A stretch of 63,531 nt of DNA, counting the filler, from Octopus bimaculoides (lineage: Eukaryota): the NCBI RefSeq assembly GCF_001194135.2. It is 6 parts of 5 records of this genome, joined end to end, with 100 filler letters (N's around TTAATTAATTAA, not from the genome) between each part and the next. Parts side by side here need not be neighbours in the genome. Positions count along the whole stretch, not along the records: positions 1 to 25,452 come from NC_068984.1; 5 more parts are not named here. One strand, given 5' to 3'. Under the pieces are notes generated by a model. It worked only from the letters and a program-made list of their open reading frames with translations, had not been told where the DNA came from and did not search any database. A program made the position numbers and the translations under genes. Of this stretch, positions 1 to 14,940 are shown piece by piece (position 1 is the stretch's first letter; every line of letters starts with the position of its first letter).

Positions 1-55
<55 letters not shown>

Positions 56-307
56 ATGTGTGTGTCTATACACACACACACATATATGCATATGTAAATA
101 CATATACATATACACACACACATATATATATACACACATACATACACACAAACACATGTATACATATGCATGCATACATGTGTATGTGTGTATTTATATA
201 TTTATGTAAGTATGCATTAATGTTTGCATGTGTCAAACTTTGTGGTCTGTCTGTCTCTAACATTCACTATCTGCCCCTCTCTCTCCCCATATATATATAT
301 ATATATA

Positions 308-338
<31 letters not shown>

Positions 339-893
339 AAACATGACTGTGTTGTGGTAATTGAGTGAGTATAAAATGTGATGAGAGGCGAGACAGGAAA
401 AAGCGAGAGAAGTTAAAAAAGAAAAAATAGCATGGAAAAAGAGCTAGAGGCAGATATGCAGAGAATGAGAAAGAGAGAGAGAGAAGGGAGGGAGAGATGT
501 AGACAGTCAGAGAACCAGGGTAGGTGGGGAAGAAGAAAATCAGACAGATAGAGACAGAGAGAAACCAAGATTGAAAATAAAGACGAACGAGAGATGTGTT
601 GGGGAGTTGGGAGTCTATATTTATGTTAAATTTGTGTTACGTATATATTAGTGGGCAGCAGTAAGAAAGCTGGGTTAGTGGCACTATAGACCGGTCTTTC
701 TTTCTTCTTCTTTTTTTTCTTCTTCTTCTTCGTTTTTTTTCTTGTTCTTGTTCTTGTTCTTCTTCTTTTTCTTCTTCTTCGTCTTTTTCTTGTTCGTGTT
801 CTTCTTCTTTTTTTTCTTGTTCTTCGTCTTTTTCTTGTTCTTGTTCTTCTTCTTTTTCTTCTTCTTCTTCTTCTTTTTCTTGTTGTTGTTGTT

Positions 894-924
<31 letters not shown>

Positions 925-2328
925 TTTTTCTATGTCTTCTTGTTCTTCTTCGTCTTTTCTTGTTCTTGTTCTTGTTCTTCTTCCTCCTCCTCCTCTTCTC
1001 CTCCTCCTCCTCCTCTCNNNNNNNNNNNNNNNNNNNNNNNNNNNNNNNNNNNNNNNNNNNNNNNNNNNNTCTTCTTCTTCTTCTTCTTCTTCTTCTTCTT
1101 CTTCTTCTTCTTCTTCTTCTTCTTCTTCTTCTTCTTCTTCTTCTTCTCCTTCTCCTTCTTCTTCCACTGGCATTCAAATAAAGACGGCTTGAAACGGGAG
1201 CCAAGGTAAAGGACATGAAAAAAATAGGTGACCGACTTACCAGCGAATCCAACAGCCCCTTTCCATACTTTTTACATATCTCAGTCTTTCCTTTGCAACC
1301 CCAGCTCAACCTGCATAACAGCCAACACCAACATCAACACCAACACCAGCATCACCAACAACACCAATACATTATCCTACCAAACATACTACCACTAACT
1401 ACCACTAAACTAGCACAGCCACCGCTGCTGCCACCACCACTTACTACCGCTCTCACTGCGACCACACTACCCTATACAATCATTATCACTGCTACAACTA
1501 CCGCAATTCACAGTCACTGTTACTGTTACCCACCTCTTTTACTGTCGCCACAACTACCACCTCGTCTGATACCGACCAACACCTTTACCATCGCTTGCCA
1601 CCACTACCAATACNNNNNNNNNNNNNNNNNNNNNNNNNNNNNNNNNNNNNNNNNNNNNNNNNNNNNNNNNNNNNNNNNNNNNNNNNNNNNNNNNNNNNNN
1701 NNNNNNNNNNNNNACCACTACCAATACTACCCACCACTACCAATACTACTCACCACTACCGATGCTACCCACCACTACCAATACTACCCACCACTACTCA
1801 ACATCACTAAAAACACTACCCATTGCTATAACTACTACTACTACTACTACTACTACTACAATCATGAGCCCTCCCCCTCTCGCACTGCCACTAACACCAC
1901 CACCGCCACCGCTATTCCCATCGTACCATCACTACCACCATTGCTACTAATACCAACACCATCAAACACTTCCACTAATAAAAGCCAACGGGGGTGTCCC
2001 TACTCGGCCACTCAACATGCCAGAAATAGCAGTAAAGCACATTCAAAGCAACACTCTACTATGTAAAAGAAAAGGCTAAGACACATTCGATAGTATAATC
2101 CTAGATACACTGTCCATATGAAATAAAGTTGGAATGGTCACAACTAGAAAATCTTGGAATCAAAACTCAACTAATCCAGAGGTTACATGGGGTTAATCAA
2201 CAACAACAACAGCAGCAGCAGCAGCAGCAGCCACCACTAGAACACGAAAAGATAATCCACATTACTACAATCATCGCCATGACCACCACTCAGTACTTTC
2301 TTAAGGCACGGACACAGAATAGTGGTCC

Positions 2329-2556
2329 GGCGAGCTGGCAGAAACGTTAGCATGCAGGGCGAAATGCTTAACGGTATTTCGTCTGCCGCTACGTTCTGAG
2401 TTCAAATTCCGCCGAGGTCCACTTTGCCTTTCATCCTTTCGGGGTCGATAAATTAAGTACCAGTTACGCACTGGGGTCGATGTAATCGACTTAATCCCTT
2501 TGTCTGTCCTTGTTTGTCCCCTCTATATTTAGCCCCTTGTGGGCAATAAAGAAATA
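2329..2556 (+). mobile_element. tRNA-derived SINE (family A) with TSD
   Basis: Head GGCGAGCTGGCAGAAACGTTAG..GAGTTCAAATTCC; 13-bp TSD AGAATAGTGGTCC at 2316-28 and 2557-69; degenerate copies near 36355, 50810, 51020 and 57900. Confidence 0.85.
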
Positions 2557-4247
2557 AGAATAGTGGTCCGGGGTCCTCACGGATCCAGGGGTCCAATTCT
2601 GATCTCTATATGTTGTGGCTTAATGTCAATAAATAAACGCTATAAGGCTCAGTACATTGATTTGCCCGGGGATCGATAATGCTGCTAAGACGACCCTGAC
2701 ACCACCGCCGCCTTCTGCACCACCACTGCTACCAGCTCCGCCACCATCATCATTGTCGCCACTACCACCAACAACACCAGATCTATCGACATAGTAAACT
2801 ATACTAACTTTTCGCCCCACGATCACTACCACTAGTTCTATCATTCCCAGCCACAAAACCAACCGTTACTAAACACTAACACTAATCAACCAAACAACAT
2901 CATTGTCTTCAAGTTAACCCGATGATCAAATGTTCCCTCCCAATGTCCTCAGGTTTATTTTATAATTTGTCCATGTTACTCTGCTGTTGATGGCAATGAT
3001 GATGATGAAGACGATGATCAAAATCTTTAACCTCCTCTCTCTCTTTCATACAAACATACACACACACACACACACAGACATACACACTCGCACAAATACA
3101 AACACGCACACACACACACGCACCTCCCACACACTCACACCGTTATATTTATTTTTGCCTTATCTCTTGATATTGCGTATCATATGATGAATAGTATACA
3201 TGTATGATTGGTCACCAATTACCTGTTTCGTCTTTGTTTTCGTCACCATACTTTTCGTTTGCTCACTTATTTCCAGCAGTTCTTGCTGTTGACGCCACCA
3301 AAATGAACAATTTTATCGTTAAAGGCATGAAATTGTTACAATTTTTGGACGATAACTATGAGAAAGAAGCAAGTCCACATCTTGTGTGTCAAATTTCCAT
3401 TCGTTCTCGTCTTTCTGTGCAATTTTTTAAATATATATATATATATATATANNNNNNNNNNNNNNNNNNNNNNNNNNNNNNNNNNNNNNNNNNNNNNNNN
3501 NNNNNNNNNNNNNNNNNNNNNNNNNNNNNNNNNNNNNNNNNNNNNNNNNNNNNNNNNNNNNNNNNNNNNNNNNNNNNNNNNNNNNNNNNNNNNNNNNNNN
3601 NNNNNNNNNNNNNNNNNNNNNNNNNNNNNNNNNNNNNNNNNNNNNNNNNNNNNNNNNNNNNNNNNNNNNNNNNNNNNNNNNNNNNNNNNNNNNNNNNNNN
3701 NNNNNNNNNNNNNNNNNNNNNNNNNNNNNNNNNNNNNNNNNNNNNNNNNNNNNNNNNNNNNNNNNNNNNNNNNNNNNNNNNNNNNNNNNNNNNNNNNNNN
3801 NNNNNNNNNNNNNNNNNNNNNNNNNNNNNNNNNNNNNNNNNNNNNNNNNNNNNNNNNNNNNNNNNNNNNNNNNNNNNNNNNNNNNNNNNNNNNNNNNNNN
3901 NNNNNNNNNNNNNNNNNNNNNNNNNNNNNNNNNNNNNNNNNNNNNNNNNNNNNNNNNNNNNNNNNNNNNNNNNNNNNNNNNNNNNNNNNNNNNNNNNNNN
4001 NNNNNNNNNNNNNNNNNNNNNNNNNNNNNNNNNNNNNNNNNNNNNNNNNNNNNNNNNNNNNNNNNNNNNNNNNNNNNNNNNNNNNNNNNNNNNNNNNTGC
4101 ACAAAAAGATGACAAATGAACAAATGGAAAATTCACGCACAAGAAGTGGACTTGCTCTTTTCTCATCAGTTATCGACCAAAAGTCATAACAATTTCACGC
4201 CTTTAACAATACATACACACATACACATACACACACACATATATATA

Positions 4248-5095
4248 CTTGGTCTGATCAATAAGTATCCGGACCATTGCCATAGTAACAAAGCTAAAAC
4301 ACGCAGAGTAAAGCTGCTTGGCACAGATTGATTATGAACTCTGCTGTGCGTGTGCACTATATTTTAACGTTCTAGCTCACTTCCGTTGTTTACAACAGTG
4401 CTTGGAAGGAACGTGTGTAACGTGTGATCGTCGCATTGACCATGACAGAGAAAGTTGAGCAGAGAATCTGCATCATTTTGCCAAAAGCATGGTGATACCT
4501 GCTCAGAGGCCTATGTAACGTAGTCAAAAAGTTTTCATCGTTCTTGACACAATCAAGGAGATCTCGTGCAGCCGAAAGCCCTGTCTTCCTGATCAGTTGA
4601 AAGCAGTTTTGGCACAAACTTGGGAGACACGCATCTCACCCAAATCTCCAGTGATAATGGACTGAACTGAACTGTAACTAATCTGCACATACTCCGATAA
4701 CTCACAGATAATGATTCGACGATTTCCCTTCACATCTGCGATGTTTTTCTCAGTTCTGCTGGTTGCGGGTCTCCCAGAACGTTCGTCACTTTCGACGTTT
4801 TTCGGCTATCTTGGAAACGTCTGGACCATTCGTACACTTGTGTGCGGCTCATACTTTCCTCTCTATATACTTTCTGCATCTTTGTGTAGCTTCTGAACAG
4901 GTATCACCATGACAACTTTCTCTGTCACACGCTACACACCTTCCTTCCAAGTACTACTGAAAACAACGGAAGTGAGCTAGAACGTTAAAACTTAGTACGC
5001 ATGCACAGCAGAGTTCAAGGTTAATTTTTGCCAAGCAGCTTCACTTTAGCAACACCACTATGACAACAGTCCGGATACTTATTGATCAGACCTCG
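4248..5095. mobile_element. mariner-derived non-autonomous element
   Basis: TIR GGTCTGATCAATAAGTATCCGGAC at both ends, TA flanks; transposase N-terminus MTEKVEQRICI on +, and DERSGRP..KFVPKLL..DENFL on -. Confidence 0.88.
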
Positions 5096-5680
5096 TATAT
5101 ACATAAATACACACACACACACACACACGCACGCACGCACGCACACACACACACACACACACATCATTAAAGGCGTGAAATTGTTATGATCTTTGAACGA
5201 TAACTAATATGGTCACCGTACACATGTTGGCCTTTATATATTGGTCGCTACGTATATTGGGCTGTACATATACTGGAAGTTAGTTATCGGTCAGTTTTTA
5301 AAGGTCTTGGGTTATGCTTCTTTGCCTTTTCCTTTAACTTTTTAATTCTGGACTAAGCAGAACAGGTGGAAACACATGGGATGGGAGAGTCGCTGAAGAG
5401 GTCACAAGTATATGACGAAAGATTTCCAGACGATGGACATAAGATGAAATAAGAACAATAATAAACATGTGAAGAGCGAATATATAGTGCGTTTGTTTAT
5501 TTGTCAAAAAAGAGAGAAAAAATGTCCATCCCGAAATATAACAATTTTGCATATATTTTTAAAAAATACTTTCCAGTTGTCTACATATAAATACATATAC
5601 ATACATGTATATATACACATATATACATATATACTTACATATATATACATGCACATACATATATACATACATACACACAT

Positions 5681-6060
5681 GTTGGCACTCCGTCGCTTAC
5701 GACGTCGAGGGTTCCAGTTGATCCGATCAACAGAACAGCCTGCTCGTGAAATTAACGTGCAAGTGGCTGAGCACTCCACAGACACGTCTACCCTTAACGT
5801 AGTTCTCGGGGATATTCAGCGTGACACAGTGTGACAAGGCTGACCCTTTGAATTACAGGCAAAGCAGAAACAGGAAGTAAGAGTGAGAGAAAGTTGTGGT
5901 GAAAGAGTACAGCAGGGTTCGCCACCATTCCCTGCCGGATCCTCGTGGAGCTTTAGGTGTTTTCGCTCAATAAACACTCACAACGCCCGGTCTGGGAATC
6001 GAAACCGCGATCCTATGACCGCGAGTCCGCTGCCCTAACTACTGGGCCATTGCGCCTCCA
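5681..6060 (-). mobile_element. tRNA-derived SINE (family B)
   Basis: Reverse-complement head TGGAGGCGCAATGGCCCAGTAGTTAGG..GGTTTCGATTCC (A and B boxes); second copy at 26258-26593 (+). Confidence 0.85.
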
Positions 6061-7087
6061 CACATACGCACATACATACATATATACATACATATGTTCT
6101 TGTTGGGACTGGAGGAATAAGCAGCGGACATGGTCTTCGCAAGCCCTTTTCCACCAGTGAGGTTGATCTTATTTATTTTCCTCTTGGCCCTTTTTAAATC
6201 AACACCCGTGGAAAAGTCATGATCAAGGAAGAAATTTCAGAGAGCCAACTCTCTGAGAAGGATGCATTGGGTCTGGTAGTTAACGCAGGTCAAGGGTGGG
6301 TGGATAACAAGTATAGGGATAAACTCAGAGGCTCATTGTTTGAGAGACATTGTTAGGACTAAGCAGCCTTGTTGGTTTGAAGTGACGGAATGTACTTTGC
6401 CTCTTCGCGCGCGCGCGAGCGTGTGTGCGATGTGCTGACCCGGAAGAGTGGAAGTGGACGAGGTTTATCAAGTATGTACAGTATGGAGTTAGCGGCAAAA
6501 TATGTAGTAAATGTAGTGTTTACTGCTTACATAGCCATCATTGTTGGGAAGTGGAGGGAAAGAGATTTGTAAAATGTTGGTGGAAATCCTTTTGACAAGG
6601 AACTAAAATGATCGGAAGCAGCACGATGGGTGTAAGACACGCAAAGTCATATTTCACGGTTCAGCTGGTTGCCTTGCCGATGTGGTGTTATTGGGTTATT
6701 GCGTCACTCAGTTTTGTGAGGTGGGTGAAATTCGTCAAATGTTGTAGGGCTTGCTTTTTGCCTGAACAGCTTCGACAGGAGGTTGAAAGACCCGTCGAAG
6801 GACTTGGGGAATTTTGTTATGTGAGATATAGAGGAACCTACCCAAAGGAATAATTTCAGTCACCCACTTAGCAGTTTTTGATGGGTCAGGTGTGAAGCAC
6901 ATATACTACTAGGGGTAGATGGTATAAACCTGACAGAGCTCTGACCAGTCGATTGGCTTGAAGTACCAAGGGAAACAATGTACCAAGGTAAAGTACCAAG
7001 ATAAAGAATGTTGTGTGATACGTAGATTGTAATTGCAATAGGGCCATGATGACACAGTTAGAGTTTTGCGTAGATTAGACAGGTGTG

Positions 7088-7174
<87 letters not shown>

Positions 7175-7526
7175 GGTCTTGTATTCTTGTCTGTTTGATG
7201 ACTGTGGTTATCTTAGGACATCATCATTACTGTTGGTGGATGATGGGAATTCGAAATTATAATCTTCCTCATTGCTTTATGAAAGATGTATTAGTCTATA
7301 TAAGACTTTCACTTAAGATTTGAGCAGGGTTTTGGTGGTTGTACTGAGTTGAGATGTGTTGAACCAAGTCGTTGCAGTATGTTTTAATTGTTGCTGTTTA
7401 AACCCAAATCAACCCTCATTGAGAAAAACCTATAAGTCAAAGGACTGCTAAATAGAAGAAAACAAGATGGCCACTTCATTCTGTGACTACCCCATCTTTT
7501 GTAAATATTGTATATGTAAGGGATTA

Positions 7527-7999
7527 CAGTAATCATTCGCCATATCACGGTTCATCTATCGCGCTCTCGGTACATCGCGGATTCTTCTGGTTAATATATG
7601 TAAATTTATATCGCGGACTCCTCCGTATATTGTGGGTATCTGCGGCCGATAGGTATTTTTATTTTTTCAGATTTTAATTATTTCTGTGGTAAGATAAGCA
7701 TTTTCACGCTCAAAAATTAATAAATTAATAAATAAAAATAGAGTACAGTATTGCTCTGTATAACACATTAATTAAAATATATTAAAAGAAAATACGTAGT
7801 GTACCATAGATGAGTAAACAAAGAATCGCACATACTCGGGAGGCGAGTGTGTGGTATTGTTTTGCATTTATAATATAATAAATATATATACAAATTAGAA
7901 AAAATAATTAAAAAAATATACAGTACAGTACTGTTTCTACTTCACGGATTTTCACCTATCGCGGGGAACGTAACACTCACGATAGTCGAGGGATTACTG
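7527..7999. mobile_element. pogo/Tigger-like MITE
   Basis: TIRs CAGTAATCATTCG / CGAGGGATTACTG with TA duplications at 7525-26 and 8000-01. Confidence 0.75.
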
Positions 8000-9978
8000 T
8001 ACATTGCTCAAAGTGACCTGACATTTTTAAAGCGGTGAGGTGTTAATGGGGGGGGGGCGGAGATTTGGCTGCAGTTAGACCAGGTCTAGTCATGGAGTTT
8101 AGAGTTTCCCTCTTCATAGTTCAAAGATGTGGCTTTCTAGATTCTGCAGAAGACAAGTATTGCATATATCTCCATTTTTTCCTCTAGAGGGTAGTATAGT
8201 GAGATTCTCTCAGCAGTAGATATCTTATATGAAAGTAAAAGACAAAATTAAATGTAAGAAAATATGATATTAGCCATAAACATATGGGTGGGAACAGTAA
8301 TGAGATATGCTGTAGGTATTCAAAGACAAAATAAGGAAGAACTGAAGAAACAGACACAACGACGCAGAATGTGATGACAACTCATGGGGCATTACAGCCG
8401 AAAAATGACACTCATCGGGTTTATCTGTACTGGAAAAATGAAGGAAGAACTTTGATATGTCGCGAAGAGAATGTAAAAAGTGAATACAACAGTCTGGTGT
8501 TGTATGTAGCATATAGTTCAGAACTGTGGTTGTTAGTTAATGTAAAAGCTTCTGGTGTGAGAGAGACACCAGACTACATTGTTAAGAATGAATAAGAGAA
8601 CATTAGAATAGAGAACATTAGAATAGAAGTAAGAGAGACAGAGTGAAGTGGGAATACAAAGTATGGATGGTTTGTCAGAGATATGACAAATGATGAGGAT
8701 AAGTGAGGATCATAGAACTGGATGAAAAATTAGAGCTAAAGGTGGGAACTGAAGCATTAATCTGTGTTGCACTTTGATTTCTGGTGTGTCTGACAACATG
8801 GCGATGTCTTTCCTTTACGCAGGCACAGCTTATGTCTCTATACGGGTGGTATGATCTTCAACATCTCCAATCTTCACAGCAAAAGTTTCATCGCCAAAAC
8901 ATACAGAAGAGACGAGTCTCTTTGGTGGACCGAGCACTTGATGCGAAACTATTTTGATAGGTGACCGTTTATTTTGACCACCAAGCAGATTTCACAGTAC
9001 GTTGCAGTGAACCGAAATAAGAACATTCATCGTGATAGATCTTTATTTGAAGTCCAACATTTTAGTGTCGTGCATTTCCCTCACGTTTATTCCTCGTGTA
9101 CCTTTCTAATTCATATTTTCCACCACCAACTCATAACATACCTTGTCTGATGTGCATATCTTTTAAATGGGCGTTTCAACTACCTCCACCAACTCACAGT
9201 TTGTTTTCTCTGTTATACATATCTTTTCAATGGGTAAGTTCCCCACCAACTATCAACACATTTTCTCCGGTATACATATCTTTTATTAATGGATATTTTC
9301 ATTACTAACTTATGGCTCATTTCTATTAAGCATTTATCCCCCTTGTTTATATCTCGCGTTAACATCTTTTAATATCTTTGATTCTTGGCTACCGTCTTAA
9401 CTAACTGGTTCCATATTCTTCATAAGTTAATGTTACACAACCAAAATATCATATTCAACTCAACTCAATTTTCTCTAATTGATGCAGATCACAGAATTTA
9501 CCACATATTTCTAACGTTCTTACACCATCACTAGAAATCTTTTTTGATTTCTCAAGACAACTGTTCGTCTTCTACAGGAGCCAAAACGTCTCGCAAAAAA
9601 ATTCCTACAGTTTTCAGAGGCTATAGAACTACAAAGCAATGGTTCTCGTTTCATTTTTACTTGCGGCACATTTTGGAGCAAGTAAAAATATTTTGGCATA
9701 TTTTGTACATAAAGTAAAAAGAAAAGTATGAAGAAAGATATTTATATGTTTGTTTGCCAGTAAATATACAGAAAATAATTAAATAATTACTTCTTTATTC
9801 GACAAATTAAGCATAGTTATTAAGAACATGGGATCCACTTAGTAGAATGGAAAACGCATCTGATAGATTGCTTTGCGATATTTACTCTGGTTCTCTACTC
9901 CTTATGTTCGATTCCCGCAGAGGTCAACTTTTCCTTTCATTTTTTTTTTCACCGTCGATAAATTACCAGTTCAGTGCT

Positions 9979-10014
<36 letters not shown>

Positions 10015-10609
10015 CTCTCTCTCTCTCTTTCTTTCTCAGTAAAAAATCGGCTATAGTCAGACCTCGTGGAGGATGGGCTCCTCTAGATCTAAAAAGTGCC
10101 GAAGATATTTCGTATTTTACGATTCCATCAAGAGATGAGGGCCCCAAGGCAAGGCAAGTTATTAAGAATATATATTTAGAATTTCTGTTGGTATTTTTTT
10201 ACATTTTCTAAATATAATTTTATTACTTTCTCGCCGCACCTAATTATNNNNNNNNNNNNNNNNNNNNNNNNNNNNNNNNNNNNNNNNNNNNNNNNNNNNN
10301 NNNNNNNNNNNNNNNNNNNNNNNNNNNNNNNNNNNNNNNNNNNACGTGGTTTCGTAGCAAGCGTCTTAAGCACACAGCCATAATCAACTTGGAGAAGCCC
10401 ACTTTCCCTTAAGTTTATGTATATATTTTTATGAATATAATGTTTTATCGTGAGCCCTCGAGTTGTGATAGAGTTTTTCTGGGACACCATTGTGACATAC
10501 GGTCTGTTATGGGCATTTTAAAACCTATGGAGGCCCATCTTTTTCTGGGTCTGAACAAAACTAGTTTCTTCCAAAAAAGGAAGACAAGTAAAAGAAAGAA
10601 AGGAAGGAA

Positions 10610-10642
<33 letters not shown>

Positions 10643-11089
10643 CGGGGAGAGAGAAGAATCTTCCCTTGTGTGGGACTGGTACTTTATTTATCAACCCTCG
10701 AAAGAATGAAAGGCAAAGTTGAACTCGGAGCGCAGATAACCGGGACAATTACCGCAAAACAATATTTTGCTATTTTTTTAATATATTTAGTTTAGTATGG
10801 CTAAGTGATGGACTCTCCCCTCGAAGAAATTTGCTTCTTGAAGCAAAAATCCTTAGTAACGTACTGAGGAATCAATGGGTTGTAAGAGACATTCATCATC
10901 ACCACCACCATAACCCCCCCAACCCACCACCACCAACACCACCATCATCATCGTCATCGTCGTCGTCGTCGTCGTCATCATCATCATCATCATCATCTTC
11001 TTCTTGATTATTATTACTATAATTAACATTACAATCATTACAACCCTTCTACGATTGTCGCACTCAACAACAACGACGATGATGACAAC

Positions 11090-12310
11090 AACAAGAGAAG
11101 GTATTTCGCAATCGATCAACACTGAAATCTGTTTGATATTTCTGATAGGGGACAGTTTCTTGGCAACCAAGATTTTTCGGTGTATGACGCAATGGACAAT
11201 CAACATGTTTGGATTTTCATCCTTCATCATTTTTAAGCATCCCGTTTTCTTGCCCATCATAGCAAGTGCATCGTCTGCTGCGCATGACAGTAAATTTTCT
11301 TTTGGCATTTTGTTTGCATCCAGATACTGTTTAAGTTTGCTGTGGATATCCTTTGCAGTTGTGGTTGTTTCCAATGATTCACAAAACAACATGTCTTCGT
11401 GAAAAGCCTTGTGCTCAATATATCTCATATAAGTCAATAACCGGGCCTCACTGTCCTGAAATTTGTAATGAGAATTTTCGTGATTTTAATGTCTCAATAA
11501 GCTGGTTTTCAACATCTTGTCCCATTTCATCAATTCTGTTGGAAACAGTGCTATTACTGAGTGGCATGGCCCTGACATCTCTATCATCTTTTTGTTGTAC
11601 AGTTTTTAAGAATATTGAGATGGCTGGTTTAATCAGTTGCTCTTCAATAGTGTAATTCTTTCTATGTTTTGCTACAAGTAGGGAGATTTCGTGGCTGACT
11701 TCGAGGGCACGAGTGTGGGACGCATGTTGTGTAGTAAATAGTGAAGTGAGTTTTGTAGTAAATAACGAAGTGGGTTGTGTAGTAAATAGTGAAGTGAGTT
11801 CGGTTTTCAAAATTTTCTTTCAGTGATTTGAAGTACTCCAAATCTGAACTAGAATTATTAGGACGTCTGATCCTCAAGTGCGCTTTTAGCCTGCCTTCAT
11901 TGACTCATTGCTCATTTTCTGATGACACAATAAGTAGAACGATTTACGCTCATCATGCTCATCGGGAATAAACCCAAACTTCAAAATTCCACCGAATATT
12001 GACGCATCTTCTTGCTTTGCTCATTTTAAAAAGGGCTGACACAAATCCAAGAAAGCGATGAAGCGATAGAATTGACAATTTTTGCACAGCGTAGAAAGAG
12101 AAAGGGATTCGAAGCATCAGTGAGCAATAGTGAACGGAGTTGACTGCTGCTTTTATAAACACTTGACACTGGAAAATAGATATTGAAACAGAAACAAACA
12201 CCTAACAAATACAAATAAGTCTGCACTGAAGCCACTTGCAAAAATGTTCACAACCCACGCTAATGCACGTCGCACCCCAATTTCCCCACGCCTCACGTTG
12301 GGAAACACTG
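11090..12310 (-). mobile_element. hAT (Buster/Charlie-type, FAM200/ZBED-like) transposon, 5' part with decayed transposase
   Basis: 5' TIR CAGTGTTTCCCAA ends at 12310; translation includes MPLSNSTVSNRIDEMGQDVENQLIETLKSRKFSLQ, EDMLFCESLETTTTAKDI, CAADDALAMMGKKTG and IVHCVIHR; 3' end lost. Confidence 0.88.
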
Positions 12311-13891
12311 CGTTAAATGGTCATTGAAGGTTGCTGCTGCCATCCGTTTATTGTTTCTGTGCGGTTACAGAGCTCTACTCAGCTGCTGTTTTGCTCCTGT
12401 CTTCTGTGTCCGGTTTGATGTCTCCCGTCCCGTATCTGTTGTCCGTGACTAAAGTGCGCTGAATATATAGCGGTGGGTTGGCTCAGAAAGAAGCGCCCCA
12501 AAGACGAAATTTTTATCGGATTCGGTTCCACGCGAAGTCTTGATTAGTCAGATATTTCTTGATGGCGTAGGTAATATTCTAGCGAATCGCGGCCGTTTCC
12601 TTTAGTTATATTTTCACCTCACATATGATGGTCCAGGTTCGATTGCTAAATATTTCTGCAACAAACTTTTTCACAATCGTTCGACCTTTTCCTTTTCTAA
12701 TCGTTTAGTCAGGAGGGAAGGGCAGAACTAATGGCTCGTTATAGGGTCTCCGAGATTAGTGGAAAGGAGGAGAAGGAAGCTATACTCAAACTAGGAACCT
12801 GACCTGAATACTGCAACAGCGCCCTCAAGTAGTCTATGGCAGGGTTTGAACTCAGGATGCTAATACCGTGAGGCATCCAGTCCGACTTCCTTATAGTTCC
12901 ACCAAACCATCTCTCCGGGCTGGTACATTTTTTATCGACCATGAGAAGATGCTTGAAACAGCAACCAATTCTACCTCAAATTACACCCAATTATTTTAAA
13001 CACACACACACACACACACACACAAACGCACACAAACACAAAATGTAAGACACGCTGCAAAATGTAGCCCTAGATACACTACGCCAAAAAATAAGAATGA
13101 AGGGATGGTCACAGCTGGAATGCCTTTGATCATACGGGTTAGTTTGGCGCTAAAGAACAACAACAACAGCAGCAACATCATCTTCCACTCAATACCATGT
13201 ATTTTAAATATTGTCTCAAAAAAAAATGAATAAAAGAATGAATAAAAATAAATAAATAAAATGAAACTTCTAGTTTCAAACTGAAATAAGATCTGTTGTA
13301 CGTTTGATGGTGCTAAGGGGTAATATAGCTAAGCGTCTGGAGAGAGATCGGGCGAATGAACGATGGGATGACGGTGGAAAAGTGAGCCTTTAATAGACTC
13401 TCTCTCTCTCTCTGTCTCCTTATCACTCTCTCTCTCCTACTCACTCTCTCTCCTTCTCTCTCACTCTCTCTCTCTCTGTGGTGTGTGTGTATGTGTGTTT
13501 GTGTGTGAGTACGTATTATTTGTATATACATATATATGTACTTATATGTGAATGTATGTTTTATATATATACATACATATATATATATATATNNNNNNNN
13601 NNNNNNNNNNNNNNNNNNNNNNNNNNNNNNNNNNNNNNNNNNNNNNNNNNNNNNNNNNNNNNNNNNNNNNNNNNNNNNNNNNNNNNNNNNNNNNNNNNNN
13701 NNNNNNNNNNNNNNNNNNNNNNNNNNNNNNNNNNNNNNNNNNNNNNNNNNNNNNNNNNNNNNNNNNNNNNNNNNNNNNNNNNNNNNNNNNNNNNNNNNNN
13801 NNNNNNNNNNNNNNNNNNNNNNNNNNNNNNNNNNNNNNNNNNNNNNNNNNNNNNNNNNNNNNNNNNNNNNNNNNNNNNNNNNNNNNNNNNN

Positions 13892-13971
<80 letters not shown>

Positions 13972-14905
13972 AGGGAAGAAAGTAAAATTATGACGTGAGC
14001 TGAAGTACAGGGAGAGGAGGGAAGGGAGGGGAGATATTTACAGACCCAGATTGGGAGAGTGAATTCATACGGTATGTAACAGTAGTAGAAAGAGAAGCAC
14101 CACCACCATGATGATGATGATGATGATGATGATGATCACCACCATCACCGCCACCACAACCCTCGTCATCATCTTCCTCATCCTCTCTATCATCGTCATC
14201 ATCGCCATCATCATCATCATCATCTTCACCACCACCACCACCAATACCACCACCACCACCACCACCACCATAAACTTCAATAATGTCTATCACTCCACCG
14301 CCATCACCATCATCACCATCATCATCACCACTATCACCATCACTAACATCATTGTCGTCGTTGTCGTGATCTTCATCACCATCATCATCATCATCATCAA
14401 TAACGACACAGAGGGAACAGGCAATGAAATTCGTACATTAGTCAGCGGAAGGAGCGGGTCACTACGTGGCCGCTCGATCAGCGAGAAATAGCTACCAAAT
14501 ATTTCTAAAATCACACCTTACTGTCTTAAAGAAGGCATTCGATAATATAGTCTTAGATATTCATAAAAAAAGATAGGGTGATCGTGATTGGGACAGTCTA
14601 GACTAACTTGGGGTTAACATCTAGGGCATTTTCCGTATCATTTTCACTGAAATAGGGACTACTTGCAACAAGTGTTAAATCTTAAAGCAGTAATATCTAT
14701 AAATAAGGTTGTCTCTCTACATTCTACGTCGTCATACAAACTGCTAGAAATAACAATCAAATGTCCCTTCATATCAGAAATCATGTACTTTAAAAAAATG
14801 AAAGCACACAGTGTAGTATCCTATATCGGCAGTCGCCATGATTGATCGCTGACCAAAACATTCAATTTTTTTTCTCCGTGTTTTTCTCCTTGTTTTCTCC
14901 GTATT

Positions 14906-14940
14906 CTTTCTGTTGATGAGCGTAGCTCGAAACGTTAAAG
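14906..14940 (+). ncRNA. Minimal hammerhead-like motif (variant core)
   Basis: CTTT-CTGTTGA-T-GAGC GTA GCTC-GAA-ACGT-T-AAAG: stem I CTTT/AAAG, stem II GAGC/GCTC, palindromic helix III; A6 replaced by U. Confidence 0.5.

Noticed and set aside
626-2066. Long ORFs rich in R/K/E/F, or in T/Y/P/H/Q
   Set aside because: They are translations of (CTT)n, (CAC)n and (TAC)n microsatellites and N-runs, with no splice or homology support.
6200-6900. Possible decayed LINE remnants (also 8560-9070 and 12360-12700)
   Set aside because: Only faint motif resemblance; the family and boundaries cannot be supported by eye.
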